A stretch of DNA of 64,000 nt from Terriglobia bacterium. GTDB lineage: Bacteria > Acidobacteriota > Terriglobia > Acidiferrales > UBA7541. Shown one piece after another: positions 1 through 9,436 of the stretch (the stretch's first letter is position 1; the number at the start of each line of letters is the position of its first letter). Under the pieces are notes generated by a model. It ran no database searches. It saw only the letters and a list, made by a program, of their open reading frames with translations, and was not told where the DNA came from. Location: contig OY968796.1 of assembly GCA_963695545.1 (NCBI GenBank), positions 3,264,001 through 3,328,000 of the forward strand, written 5' to 3'. Position numbers and translations under genes: made by a program.

Positions 1-9
1 TTCTCATAG

Positions 10-22
10 AATCAGCAAGTTA
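10..22 (+). promoter_or_regulatory. IHF-like binding site
   Basis: AATCAGCAAGTTA matches the WATCARNNNNTTR consensus; lies just upstream of a sigma54-like motif. Confidence 0.5.
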
Positions 23-42
23 ACTTGAATTTCGTTTTGGGA

Positions 43-59
43 TTGGCAAGAAAATTGCT
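43..59 (+). promoter_or_regulatory. Candidate sigma54 (-24/-12) promoter
   Basis: TTGGCAAGAAAATTGCT: GG-N10-GC with TGGCA and TTGCT flanks. Confidence 0.55.
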
Positions 60-117
60 TTGAGTTTCGCGCCCCTTCTATGCTTCGCGGTACCACAGTT
101 CGCGGTACTATCGTCTC

Positions 118-870
118 GTGAGAATCCTGGCCATAGACACCTCGAGCGCATGCGGAAGCGTTGCTTTGCTGTCGGACGCGCGCATCCTGGCGGAAGAGAG
201 TGGCGAATCCGCCGATCCGTCGTCCTCGAGCCTATTTCGCCGCGTCAGCAGCGTCCTGGGCAAGGCCGCTGGGAAGCTTTCCGAGGTCGATTGCTTTGCC
301 GTGGCCGCGGGACCCGGCTCGTTCACCGGGCTGCGCGTGGGTTTGACCGCGGTAAAGGGCTGGGCCGAGGTTTGGCAGCGTCCTATCGCTGCGATCAGCG
401 TCCTTGAAGCTGTTGCGGCCCAGGCCACGGAGCCTGGATCTACCTTGGCGGCTCTGACGGACGCGCGCAGGGGGCTGCTTTTTTGCGGATTGTACCGGCG
501 CATTTCGCTGCATCGCGGCGGCAACGGTGAGAGTCCGGCTCGCGCGGGCCAGTCCGACGGCCTCGATGAACTCGAGAAGGCCGGCGAAGAAATTGTGTCG
601 ACTCTGCGGGAGATCCTCGATCGCCTGCTTGGCGGCGCGGCCGAGCCGCCCTTGTTCGTGACGCCGTCGCGAGAAGTGGCGCTTGCGCTGGTAAGTTCGC
701 TCGCGGGCCGCAGCGCGCGAATCGAAATGGTTTCGCCGGCGCTCGCGCCCGTGATTGGACGCCTGGGCCTGCGGCGAGCGGTGCGCGGCGAATTGGTGGA
801 CGCGCTTGGCCTGAACGCGAACTATATTCAGCGATCCGCGGCCGAGCTGAACTGGAAGGAACGCGTATGA
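118..870 (+). CDS. tsaB: tRNA threonylcarbamoyladenosine biosynthesis protein TsaB
   Basis: N-terminal ILAIDTS, GPGSFTGLRVG and DARRG motifs; followed by rimI. Confidence 0.93.
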   Translation: MRILAIDTSSACGSVALLSDARILAEESGESADPSSSSLFRRVSSVLGKAAGKLSEVDCFAVAAGPGSFTGLRVGLTAVKGWAEVWQRPIAAISVLEAVAAQATEPGSTLAALTDARRGLLFCGLYRRISLHRGGNGESPARAGQSDGLDELEKAGEEIVSTLREILDRLLGGAAEPPLFVTPSREVALALVSSLAGRSARIEMVSPALAPVIGRLGLRRAVRGELVDALGLNANYIQRSAAELNWKERV

Positions 871-1331
871 AAGCTTCGATCCCCGTCGCCGCAATTCGAG
901 TGCGGCCGGTCGAACCGCGCGACGCCGCTGGCATCACCGTCGTGGCGGCGGATTCGCCCGGAGCCGCGCCGTGGTCGGCGAATCAGTACCAAGACGCGGC
1001 GCGCGGCGATTACCAGGGATGGCTTGCCGAGCAGGATACGATCGTGGTTGGATTTGTGTTCACTCGGATCGCGGCGGACGAAGTGGAAATTCTGAATCTT
1101 GCCGTCGCGCCGGATCGGCGCCGGCAGGGCATTGCGTCGCAACTGATTGCCCGCGCGCTTGAGGCCGCCAAAGAATCAGGCGCCGCGCGTGCGTATCTCG
1201 AAGTGCGCCCCTCGAACCGCGCGGCGATCGCGCTTTACCGCAAGCACGGGCTCGCCCCCGCGGGCCGCCGCGCTTGCTACTATTCGAGCCCCGTCGAAGA
1301 CGCGTTGGTGCTCTCAAGAACTGTGTCATGA
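867..1331 (+). CDS. rimI: Ribosomal-protein-alanine N-acetyltransferase RimI (GNAT)
   Basis: EILNLAV..RRQGIA, LEVRPSN..AIALY, YY....EDA motifs; ATGA overlap with tsaB. Confidence 0.9.
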   Translation: MKASIPVAAIRVRPVEPRDAAGITVVAADSPGAAPWSANQYQDAARGDYQGWLAEQDTIVVGFVFTRIAADEVEILNLAVAPDRRRQGIASQLIARALEAAKESGAARAYLEVRPSNRAAIALYRKHGLAPAGRRACYYSSPVEDALVLSRTVS

Positions 1332-1687
1332 CTTCCGAAGAAAAGCGTCTCTACCACCAAATCCATCCGCTGAAGTTGGGCACGGATATCTCCGCATCGA
1401 TTGTTTCTTTGTTTTTCTTTTGGCAGCATCGATGGGGAACGGCGCTCTTGATCCATCTGGTTCCGCCGTTCGCCGCGTCGTTCCTGCTTATGAAGTACGC
1501 CAATCTGGATCGTCAGAAGAATTCCGCGTTCGGCCGCTACGTAAAGCTTCACATGACGGCTTCCGTGGTTTTAGGCAGAATGGCGGGCGACGCAGTCACC
1601 GTCTTCGCGGCGTGGTTTCATCAGGCGTTGATGCTCGCGACGGGCGTCGGAATCATCGTCGCCGCGTGGGTTTCGGGCGCCACTTAA
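1328..1687 (+). CDS. Small hypothetical membrane protein
   Basis: ATG overlaps the rimI stop (ATGA); about 4 hydrophobic segments; starts MTSEEKRLYHQIHPLKL. Confidence 0.65.
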   Translation: MTSEEKRLYHQIHPLKLGTDISASIVSLFFFWQHRWGTALLIHLVPPFAASFLLMKYANLDRQKNSAFGRYVKLHMTASVVLGRMAGDAVTVFAAWFHQALMLATGVGIIVAAWVSGAT

Positions 1688-2068
1688 CATCGGCGTCATT
1701 CACTGGGCATTGGTTTCGGCGCAACGGAAACCGATGTTTGATGCCGAACTGCCCGGCGTGTTCGTGGTTCGCGCGGCCACTCTGTAGCGGCTGCGGTACT
1801 ACGCGCGGCGAAAGAACGACCCTCCCTCCACCACTTTTGAATCGCCCGCTGCGGGCCCCGATGGATCGCGCACCGCAGTATCCGCGGAGAGCACTGCATA
1901 AAACCATTCCGTGCGCCGTTTCCACAGACTGCCGGTGCCTGCGGCACTTCGGTCCGGCACAAATCGAAAAGGTCTTGCGAAACCCTCTTGGCTTGTACCT
2001 CCCATTGTGTTAGGTTGGCGCTGTTATGTGATTCATGCCCAAAGTTCAGCCGTGCAGGAGGTGCCCCA

Positions 2069-2302
2069 ATGGCGACTCTGCCAGGTGATCTCCGAGAAAA
2101 GATATTGAACGGGGATCCCGAGTATCAACGGCTTCTGCAAGAGCATTCGCAATACGCATCGCAGCTAGAGCAGATTACCAAGTCTCCCTACCTCAGTTCC
2201 GAAGACCTGATTCAGGAAATCACTCTAAAGAAGATGAAGCTAAGAGCCAAAGACGCCATCGAGAAACGCGTGGCGCATTTGGCGAACCGAGTTCTGGTTT
2301 AG
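2069..2302 (+). CDS. DUF465/YdcH-like small helical protein
   Basis: AGGAGG RBS; ends LKKMKLRAKDAI, typical of DUF465. Confidence 0.75.
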   Translation: MATLPGDLREKILNGDPEYQRLLQEHSQYASQLEQITKSPYLSSEDLIQEITLKKMKLRAKDAIEKRVAHLANRVLV

Positions 2303-2452
2303 GATCATTGGCTCCGCAAGGCCGCGAAAGATTGGCACGCTCCGAGTGTCACGCGATTGAGCTCTACGGCATGCCTCGTACACCAACGGCGAATCTCTCC
2401 CCAAACTGTCGTAGAATGGGCGGGGCGTGGGCTCGGCCTCTCGCTACTCTCG

Positions 2453-3079
2453 ATGGTTCGCGACGGTTACAAATTCGCCGCTCCCCCGCTTCTCGCAGGT
2501 CTTGTGGCGCTCGGATTTGGTTTTCGGTGGAGCGCGGCGCTGTGGGCCGGCATTGTGCTGCTGCTGCTGGCGGCCTTCGTGGCGTATTTTTTTCGCGATC
2601 CGCAGCGAGTGATTCCAAACGATTCCGCGGCCATCGTTTCGCCGGCCGATGGACGCGTGATGGAAGTTGTGGAAGAGATTTTCGGGGGACGGCCCGGACA
2701 GCGCATCAGTATTTTTCTGGCGATCTGGAACGTGCACGTGAATCGTTCGCCCATGGCCGGCCGCATCGAGCAGATCGAATATCGGCCCGGGCGATTTTAT
2801 GCCGCCATGCGCTCCCGGGCGTCCGAGGAAAATGAACAGAACGTGATTCGCCTTCGCACCCAGCGCGGCGACTTGGTTTTCAAGCAAATTGCGGGATGGG
2901 TGGCCCGCCGCGTGGTGTGCTGGAAAAAGCCCGGTGATCAGGTGGCCACCGGTGAGCGCATCGGCCTGATTCGTTTCGGTTCGCGCATGGATGTGTGGCT
3001 ACCCGATGGCGCGGAAATTCTGGTAAAGCCCGGCGAGCATGTGGCCGGCGGTTCGAGTATCCTTGCGCGGTGGACATGA
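2453..3079 (+). CDS. psd: Phosphatidylserine decarboxylase proenzyme (short type)
   Basis: FFRDPQR, SPADGRV, NVHVNRSP, IRFGSR (pyruvoyl cleavage site); adjacent to pssA. Confidence 0.92.
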   Translation: MVRDGYKFAAPPLLAGLVALGFGFRWSAALWAGIVLLLLAAFVAYFFRDPQRVIPNDSAAIVSPADGRVMEVVEEIFGGRPGQRISIFLAIWNVHVNRSPMAGRIEQIEYRPGRFYAAMRSRASEENEQNVIRLRTQRGDLVFKQIAGWVARRVVCWKKPGDQVATGERIGLIRFGSRMDVWLPDGAEILVKPGEHVAGGSSILARWT

Positions 3080-3909
3080 AAGAATACGAACAACGCGAAC
3101 TCGGATTCGAGGGACGCCTGCGCAGTCAGCAGCGTCTGCGCCGCGGCATTTACCTGCTGCCGAGTCTCTTCACCGTCGGCAACATGATGTGCGGCTTTTA
3201 TGCGGTGATCGCCGTGCTCAAGGGCGGCGCCGCGGATTTGGACTACGCCGCGATCGCCATCGGATTCGCCATCGTGTTCGACGTCTTCGACGGTTTCGTG
3301 GCGCGCGCCACGCACACCAACACAGACTTCGGTAAGCAATTCGATTCGCTCGCTGACGTGGTGAGCTTCGGCATTGCCCCGGCGACCTTGGCGTACACCT
3401 GGGGCGTTCACGGCATGCTCGCGAGCGACGCTCCGCAAGCGCGCCACATCTATGAGCTCGGCTGGTACATCAGCCTCTTTTATGTAATTTGCTGCGCGTG
3501 GCGTTTGGCGCGGTTCAATGTGCAGGGCATGGCGCCGGGCGGATCGCGATTTTTCGTGGGCCTGCCCACGCCTGCTGCCGCCGGGCTTATCGCCGCGAGC
3601 GTCCACGCGTTTCGCGCTCCCCTTGAAGACTGGCGCTGGGCGGCCGCCTGGCTCGCGTTGGTTTTTGTGGCCGGGACGTTGATGGTCAGCGCCGTGCGCT
3701 ATCGCAGCTTCAAAGACGTTCCCTGGGCGCGCAAGCAGCCTTCCGTGGCCATCGTGCTCATCGCGTGCCTTGTCGGGGCCATCGTAGTGTATTCGGAGAT
3801 CGTCCTCATCCTCCTCGCCAGCGTGTACATAACTTTTGGCGTCGTTTCGCATGTGGTGCGCGTGGCCCGGCAACGTCCCGTCTCTCACCCCTCCAGTCCC
3901 GTCGTCTAA
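3076..3909 (+). CDS. pssA: CDP-diacylglycerol--serine O-phosphatidyltransferase
   Basis: CDP-alcohol phosphotransferase motif DGFVAR...FGKQFDSLADVVSFG; RLARFN. Confidence 0.92.
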   Translation: MKEYEQRELGFEGRLRSQQRLRRGIYLLPSLFTVGNMMCGFYAVIAVLKGGAADLDYAAIAIGFAIVFDVFDGFVARATHTNTDFGKQFDSLADVVSFGIAPATLAYTWGVHGMLASDAPQARHIYELGWYISLFYVICCAWRLARFNVQGMAPGGSRFFVGLPTPAAAGLIAASVHAFRAPLEDWRWAAAWLALVFVAGTLMVSAVRYRSFKDVPWARKQPSVAIVLIACLVGAIVVYSEIVLILLASVYITFGVVSHVVRVARQRPVSHPSSPVV

Positions 3910-3912
3910 CCC

Positions 3913-4929
3913 ATGCCCAGCTCTGAACCAGGACTTCGCATCGCAATCGTCGGCGCAACTTCGCTCCGCGGCAAGGAATTGAAGGAAGCTCTGGAGGCTT
4001 CGGTGCTGGTCGCCGCGGAAGTCACTCTGGTTGACGACGAAATTTACGCCGGCACCGTCACCGAATTCGGCGGCGAGCCGGCGATAGTCAATCCCGTCGG
4101 CGAGGAAGACTTTTCCGGCGTGCGGTACGTGTTTTTCGCCGGCTCGCCGGAATTGACTGCGCGCCACGCCCCCGCTGCCCTCGCCGCCGGAGCCACGCTG
4201 ATCGATTTAACCGGCGGCCTCGCGGCGATGCCGGACGCTGTGCCGTGGATTCCCACGCTCGATTCCGTGCTGCCTTCGCCGCGCCGCACAAACGGATCGG
4301 CTGCGGCCGCTCGTGTCTATCTATCTCCCTCCGTGCCGGCCATGATTGCGTGCGCCTTCGCCGCATCGCTTCCCGCCGCGGGCGGCAGCAGAGCGCAGAT
4401 CGTTTTCCTGCAGCCGGTTTCTGAGCGCGGCGCCGTCGGCGTCGAAGAACTCGAAAAGCAAACGGTTCAGCTGCTTTCCATGCAGCCGTCGGGCCAGGAA
4501 GTTTTTGACGCACAAATCGCGTTCAACATTCTCGATCGTTACGGCCCCGCATCGACCGTGACGCTTCTCGAGCAGCGCCAGGAATTGGGCCGCGATGTCG
4601 CGCGCTATCTAGCGGGCCGCGTTCCGGCGCCGGCCGCCACGCTGCTCCAGGCGCCCGTGTTTTTTTCTTATGCGTTCATGGCCTATGCCGAGGTCGATTC
4701 CGCTGACGCGCTCGTTCCGCGTCTTGCCGCCGCCGGATTCAAATTCCTGGAAGAAGGCGAAGTGGGGCCGACGAACGTGAGCGTCGCCGGCGAATCGCGC
4801 CCCGTGCTCGGGCGCCCCGCCCGCGATCAGAACGTCGAGCGTGGCTGGTGGTTCTGGGGCGCCGCGGACAACGTGCGCGTCGCCGCCGCCAATGCGGTAT
4901 CGATTGCGGAGCGGCTTCGTGCGTCGTAA
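3913..4929 (+). CDS. Aspartate-semialdehyde dehydrogenase-like (Usg-like) protein
   Basis: IAIVGATS, QIAFNI, ADNVRVAAANAV follow the Asd fold; catalytic Cys and His positions are not conserved. Confidence 0.8.
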   Translation: MPSSEPGLRIAIVGATSLRGKELKEALEASVLVAAEVTLVDDEIYAGTVTEFGGEPAIVNPVGEEDFSGVRYVFFAGSPELTARHAPAALAAGATLIDLTGGLAAMPDAVPWIPTLDSVLPSPRRTNGSAAAARVYLSPSVPAMIACAFAASLPAAGGSRAQIVFLQPVSERGAVGVEELEKQTVQLLSMQPSGQEVFDAQIAFNILDRYGPASTVTLLEQRQELGRDVARYLAGRVPAPAATLLQAPVFFSYAFMAYAEVDSADALVPRLAAAGFKFLEEGEVGPTNVSVAGESRPVLGRPARDQNVERGWWFWGAADNVRVAAANAVSIAERLRAS

Positions 4930-5479
4930 GCGCAAGGCGCGCTCGCTCGTCACACGGGCGAGGCGGCGCGCGCTCTCGGCAGCGCTGCTTCTCGCCGCGA
5001 GCGTCGCCGCTGGCTGCGGCTACACCGTAGCTGGCCGCGCGACGCGCATTCCGCCCGACGTGCACACCATCGCCGTCTTGCCGCTCGTCAATAAAACCAG
5101 CACCTACCGTATCGAGCAGCGCATGACCAACGCCGTGGTGCGCGAATTTCTCGAACGCACCAAATATCGCATCGTGCCGACCGATACCGGCGCCGACGCC
5201 GTGCTCAGCGGCGAAATCTCCAGCATCAGCGCCTCCGCCGTCACTTACGATTACACCACCGGCCGCGCCACCACCATGCTCGTCACCGTGACCATGAAAG
5301 TGCGACTCGAAGATCGCGATCGCAAAGTGCTCTATGAGAATGACAATTATGTTTTTCGGCAGCCCTACGAAATTTCAACCGACGTGAACAGCTTCTTTCA
5401 GGAAGAGGGCCCCGCGCTCGACCGCATGTCGCAGGATTTCGCGTCGCGTCTGGTCGCCGACGTCCTCGAAAACTTCTGA
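4919..5479 (+). CDS. lptE: LPS assembly lipoprotein LptE family
   Basis: Signal peptide with lipobox VAAG-C then GY; immediately upstream of holA; GTG start uncertain. Confidence 0.8.
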   Translation: MRRKRKARSLVTRARRRALSAALLLAASVAAGCGYTVAGRATRIPPDVHTIAVLPLVNKTSTYRIEQRMTNAVVREFLERTKYRIVPTDTGADAVLSGEISSISASAVTYDYTTGRATTMLVTVTMKVRLEDRDRKVLYENDNYVFRQPYEISTDVNSFFQEEGPALDRMSQDFASRLVADVLENF

Positions 5480-6519
5480 TGCCCAAGATTGAAACCGCGG
5501 AGTTGCTCGATCGCCTGGCGAAGGGCAAGCCCATGCCGGGCATTCTTCTGTTGGGCCAGGAAAGTTATCTTCGCGATTTGTGCCGCAAAGCGATCATCGA
5601 GGCCGTGGTTCCCGAAGATGCGCGTGAGTGGGGCGTCGCGCGCTGTGATGCCTCCGAAGAAGATTCCTCGGCGATTCTCGCGTTGGCTGCCACGCCGTCT
5701 CTGCTCGCGCCGCGCCAGATCGTTTTTGTGCGCGGCATCGAGGCCTGGGAGAAACTCGGTGAAAATGCGCGCGAAGCCCTGCTCGCCGATCTGGCCGCCT
5801 ATTTCGCGCAGCCGTCCGCGTCGAGTACGCTGGTCCTCGAAGCCGAATCGCTCGATCAACGATTGAAGCTTTGGAAGCTGCTCTCCGACGAAGTTCTCGT
5901 TGTTGGGCTCGAGTTGCCGGAAGAACCGCAAGCACGCGCCCGCGCGGCCGCCGCGATCTTGACGCAAATGGCCAAAGAAGCCGGCGTAACACTCGAGAAA
6001 GATGCGGCCGAAGAATTGACCGAGCTTGCCAGCGCCGATCTCGCCGCCGCACGCACCGAAATCGCCAAGCTCGCAACGTACGCCGGCGATCGAAAGCGCA
6101 TCACGCGCGAAGATGTCGAGGCCCTCGTCGTCAGCGGGCGCAAATATTCTGTGTGGGAATTGGCCGAGGTCTTCGCTTCGCGCGAAACCGCGCGCGCCAT
6201 GACCTTCCTTGAAAGTTTATTGCGCGAAGGCGAGCAGCCCGTGCAAATCGTCGGCGCGATGGCCTGGATGTGCCGCAAACTTCTCGAAGCGCAGGATCTC
6301 CCGGCGCAAACATCGAAGTTTCAAGCCGCGGGCCGCCTCCAGATGCGCCCGCCCATGGCGGAAATGGCGCTGCGCGAATCACGCCGTATTCCTCGCGCTC
6401 AACTTTTAGAGGGTCTCGCGGCGCTCTACGAAGCCGATTCGCGTCTAAAATCGTCGGCGCCAAACCCGCGTGCCATATTGGAATTTCTGGTAGCGCGATT
6501 CGCGGCGGCCGGCCAATGA
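5479..6519 (+). CDS. holA: DNA polymerase III subunit delta
   Basis: LLLGQESYL, TPSLLAPRQIV, EIAKLATY; lptE-holA-rpsT synteny. Confidence 0.9.
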   Translation: MPKIETAELLDRLAKGKPMPGILLLGQESYLRDLCRKAIIEAVVPEDAREWGVARCDASEEDSSAILALAATPSLLAPRQIVFVRGIEAWEKLGENAREALLADLAAYFAQPSASSTLVLEAESLDQRLKLWKLLSDEVLVVGLELPEEPQARARAAAAILTQMAKEAGVTLEKDAAEELTELASADLAAARTEIAKLATYAGDRKRITREDVEALVVSGRKYSVWELAEVFASRETARAMTFLESLLREGEQPVQIVGAMAWMCRKLLEAQDLPAQTSKFQAAGRLQMRPPMAEMALRESRRIPRAQLLEGLAALYEADSRLKSSAPNPRAILEFLVARFAAAGQ

Positions 6520-6559
6520 TCATCCCGCGATGGTTCGCCGCGCCGGACCGCGCGTCGTT

Positions 6560-6865
6560 TCAGGATTTTTTTGCTGCGCGAACGGAATTGTACGCGATGC
6601 TCAAGCGCGACTTGGTACGATTGGCGGTGTTCTCGTGAAGAATACCCTTGCCGATAGCTCGATCGATCGCCGAAAGCGTCGGCGCCAGCAGAGCGCCCGC
6701 CGCGGCAGCGTCATTGGCGTCGAGCGCGCCGCGCAATTTTCGGATCATCGATCGCACCCGCGTGCGCTGCGAACGATTTCTCTCCTGATGCTCGAGCGCT
6801 TGCTTCGCGCGCTTCAGTACGGATGGCTTGCGCTTCTTAACTTTCGTCGGTGTGCCCGCAGGCAT
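6560..6865 (-). CDS. rpsT: 30S ribosomal protein S20
   Basis: SVLKRAKQ...RNRSQRTRVRS...IDRAIGKGILHENTANRTKSRL. Confidence 0.93.
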   Translation of the reverse strand: MPAGTPTKVKKRKPSVLKRAKQALEHQERNRSQRTRVRSMIRKLRGALDANDAAAAGALLAPTLSAIDRAIGKGILHENTANRTKSRLSIAYNSVRAAKKS

Positions 6866-6925
6866 TCAGTTCTCCCTGGTGTCAACGCGCAAAGTGTAGA
6901 CGCGCGAATCATCACGCGATCGTTT

Positions 6926-7771
6926 ATGCGATTCAGCAACACTATCCGAGCCATTCGCCTTTGTCAAACCGCCGCGCGCGCTGCCGCGTGTCTGCTGCTG
7001 TGCGCGGCGCTGCTTCACGTCGCCGCAATCCCCGCGCGCGCGGAGAAAATCGCCGACCTCCAGCCGCAAGGCGCGATCAATGATTTCGCCAATGCCCTCA
7101 CTCCCGACACGCGCGCGAAACTCCTGGCCCTCGCCACCGAACTCAACGATAAAGCCGACGCACAGCTCGACGTCGTGACCATCCACACCACCGAGGGCGA
7201 CGCCGTGGCCGACTTCACGACCAATCTCGCCGAGAAGTGGGGCGTCGGCTACAAAGGAAAAGATCGCGGCGTGATGATCCTCCTCGCCGTGGACGACCAC
7301 CAGTATTGGACCGCAGTCGGTTACGGTCTTGAACCAATTTTGCCCGACGGCAAAGTCGGCGACTTCGGCCGCCAAATGGTCCCGCTTCTAAAAAGTGGCG
7401 ACACCAGCGCCGCCGTCTTGCAAATGGCCGGGCAGATCGCCGCCGTCATCGCACAGGATCGCGGCGTCTCGCTCGACGCGCAACCTCCCGCTCCCGCCGC
7501 CGGAGCCGACGACGATTCGCAACCGCATTTCAACATCGCCTGGCTTTTTCTGATATTTTGGCTCGGCCTGTTTTTGTATCGAATGATTCGCTCCATGTTC
7601 GGACATCACGGGCCTCGCGGTTCCGGCATGGGCGGACTTTGGTGGCTCGGCGGTTTGGGCGGAGGCGGTGGCGGCGGAGGATTCGGCGGTAGTGGCGGTG
7701 GAGGCGGTGGTTTTGGTGGCGGATTCGGCGGCGGGGGATTCGGCGGCGGCGGAGCTGGCGGAGGATGGTGA
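6926..7771 (+). CDS. TPM domain (YgcG-like) membrane protein with Gly-rich tail
   Basis: Signal peptide, INDFANAL, WGVG..GKDRGVMILLA, VGYGLEPILPDG, one TM helix, GGGGFGGGGAGGGW C-terminus. Confidence 0.88.
   Translation: MRFSNTIRAIRLCQTAARAAACLLLCAALLHVAAIPARAEKIADLQPQGAINDFANALTPDTRAKLLALATELNDKADAQLDVVTIHTTEGDAVADFTTNLAEKWGVGYKGKDRGVMILLAVDDHQYWTAVGYGLEPILPDGKVGDFGRQMVPLLKSGDTSAAVLQMAGQIAAVIAQDRGVSLDAQPPAPAAGADDDSQPHFNIAWLFLIFWLGLFLYRMIRSMFGHHGPRGSGMGGLWWLGGLGGGGGGGGFGGSGGGGGGFGGGFGGGGFGGGGAGGGW
7648..7768 (+). repeat. Low-complexity GGN-rich tract encoding the Gly-rich tail
   Basis: Repeated GGC/GGA/GGT codons and GGATTCGGCGG units within the TPM gene. Confidence 0.8.
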
Positions 7772-7841
7772 TGTCGTCCGCGCAAGGCCGCACAAAGTTC
7801 GCACACTTAGCTAGCGCCTGCACAGACGGGTGGACGCCGCG

Positions 7842-8558
7842 ATGAGCAGAGAACAAGAATTATCCGACTTGGTTGGCGAGTTCCAGCTCGCAGCCGGAAA
7901 CAATCTGCGTTCGCTCGTGCTCTACGGTTCCGCGGCGGGCGGCGAATTTCACGAACCGCATTCCGATCTAAATATCCTCGCCCTCTTCGATCGCCTCGAT
8001 GCCGCCGCGCTCAAGCGCCTGCATCCGGTAGCCGCCGCGTGGGTCGGCAAAGGGAATCCCGCCCCGCTCCTGCTCACGGTTGACGAGTTGCATTCCGCCG
8101 CCGATGTCTACGCCATCGAATTTCTGGACATCATCTCCCGCCGCCGCACGCTCTCCGGCGAAGATTTCTTCGCGTCGCTCGAAGTCCCCATGAATCTGCA
8201 TCGCGTTCAGGTCGAACGCGAGCTGCGCGTCAACGTTCTGAAGCTGCGCCAATCCGCGCTGATTTCCGGCGCGGGCACCGCGGAATTATCCCGCCTGATG
8301 ATCGATTCCGTCGCCGCATTCTGCGTGCTCTTCCGCCACGCGCTGATCGCGCTCGGCGAAAAAGCTCCCGACTCGCGCCGCGAAAGCGCCCGCCGCCTCG
8401 CCGCGCTCTTCGGCTTCGATTCCACGCCGATCGAAACCGTTCTCGACGTCCGCGAATCGAAGCAGCCCGCGAAAGCGCTGAACGCCGATATCTTCGCCGG
8501 CTATCTCGCCGCGGTCTCCGCGGCTGCCGACGAGTTCGATCGGCGCACCGCGACGTAG
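7842..8558 (+). CDS. Pol-beta-superfamily nucleotidyltransferase-domain protein
   Basis: SLVLYGSAAGGEF...SDLNILAL (GS plus DxD-like motif); helical C-terminal half. Confidence 0.8.
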   Translation: MSREQELSDLVGEFQLAAGNNLRSLVLYGSAAGGEFHEPHSDLNILALFDRLDAAALKRLHPVAAAWVGKGNPAPLLLTVDELHSAADVYAIEFLDIISRRRTLSGEDFFASLEVPMNLHRVQVERELRVNVLKLRQSALISGAGTAELSRLMIDSVAAFCVLFRHALIALGEKAPDSRRESARRLAALFGFDSTPIETVLDVRESKQPAKALNADIFAGYLAAVSAAADEFDRRTAT

Positions 8559-8631
8559 CGGCTCCGGCGTGTGCTAGAGTGAGCCTTAACGCCACATGAA
8601 ATAAGAACGATCGAAACCGTCGGAGGAAAGC

Positions 8632-9213
8632 ATGAAGAAAGGCATCATCGTTCTAATCATTTTGGGTCTGATCGGCTTCTGGATCGGCAACACGTATATT
8701 TCCGACCGCAATCAAATGGTCGCCAAGAACGAAGCCATCGATTCCCAGTGGCACCAGGTTGAAGTCGTCCTGCAGCGCCGCGCCGATCTGATTCCGAATC
8801 TCGTCGCCACCGTGAAAGGCTACGCCGCGCAAGAGGTCACCGTCTTCGGTGAAGTCGACAAGGCGCGCGAGGCCTTGCTCGGCGCGCAAACTCCCGCCGC
8901 GGCCATCGCCGCAAACGGCCAACTCGATGGTGCTCTCGGCCACCTCCTGGCCATCGTCGAAAATTATCCGCAGCTCAAGTCGAATGAAAATTTCCTTCAG
9001 CTTCAGGACGAGCTCGCCGGAACCGAAAATCGCATCTCCGTCGAACGCAAGCGCTACGACGACGACATCCAGGACTACAACACTTACATCGGCCTGTTTC
9101 CCAACGATATCGTCGCGCGCATGGCCGGCTACAAGCGCAACGACGCCTACTTCAACGCTTCGCCCGCGGCGCAGCAGGTGCCGCAGGTCAGCTTCCCCGG
9201 CCCGCAAAACTGA
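8632..9213 (+). CDS. lemA: LemA family protein
   Basis: GGAGG RBS; N-terminal TM; LQRRADLIPNLVATVKGYA, ENYPQLKSNENFLQLQDELAGTENRI. Confidence 0.95.
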   Translation: MKKGIIVLIILGLIGFWIGNTYISDRNQMVAKNEAIDSQWHQVEVVLQRRADLIPNLVATVKGYAAQEVTVFGEVDKAREALLGAQTPAAAIAANGQLDGALGHLLAIVENYPQLKSNENFLQLQDELAGTENRISVERKRYDDDIQDYNTYIGLFPNDIVARMAGYKRNDAYFNASPAAQQVPQVSFPGPQN

Positions 9214-9244
9214 AGCCAGCAAACTATCGGGGCATTGGGCTCTC

Positions 9245-9294
9245 GTAGGGGCGGAGGCAAGCCTGCCTGCCGACACGCAGGCTTGCCTCCGCCC
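9245..9294 (+). repeat. GTAG-type REP-like hairpin (may also terminate lemA)
   Basis: GTAG then a perfect 18-bp stem GGGCGGAGGCAAGCCTGC / GCAGGCTTGCCTCCGCCC with a 10-nt loop. Confidence 0.7.
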
Positions 9295-9371
9295 GCCTTT
9301 CTTCCGAAGCACAACCACACGGCAATCGAGAAATTCCGCTAACACCCTACAGCTGAGTAACTTAGCCGGTC

Positions 9372-9400
9372 TTGACCCCGATATAAACGTGTGTTAGAAT
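9372..9400 (+). promoter_or_regulatory. Sigma70-type promoter of the phoH operon
   Basis: TTGACC-N17-TAGAAT with extended TG. Confidence 0.65.
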
Positions 9401-9436
9401 CACCCTTCCTCGTACTTTATCTACCGTGGAGGTGGC

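Noticed and set aside
2332..2348. TTGGCACG upstream of psd as a sigma54 site
   Set aside because: No GC at the -12 position.
7842..8558. CBASS cyclase or MNT-HEPN toxin-antitoxin
   Set aside because: Too short for a CD-NTase, no effector or separate HEPN gene, no clear Rx4-6H motif, housekeeping context.
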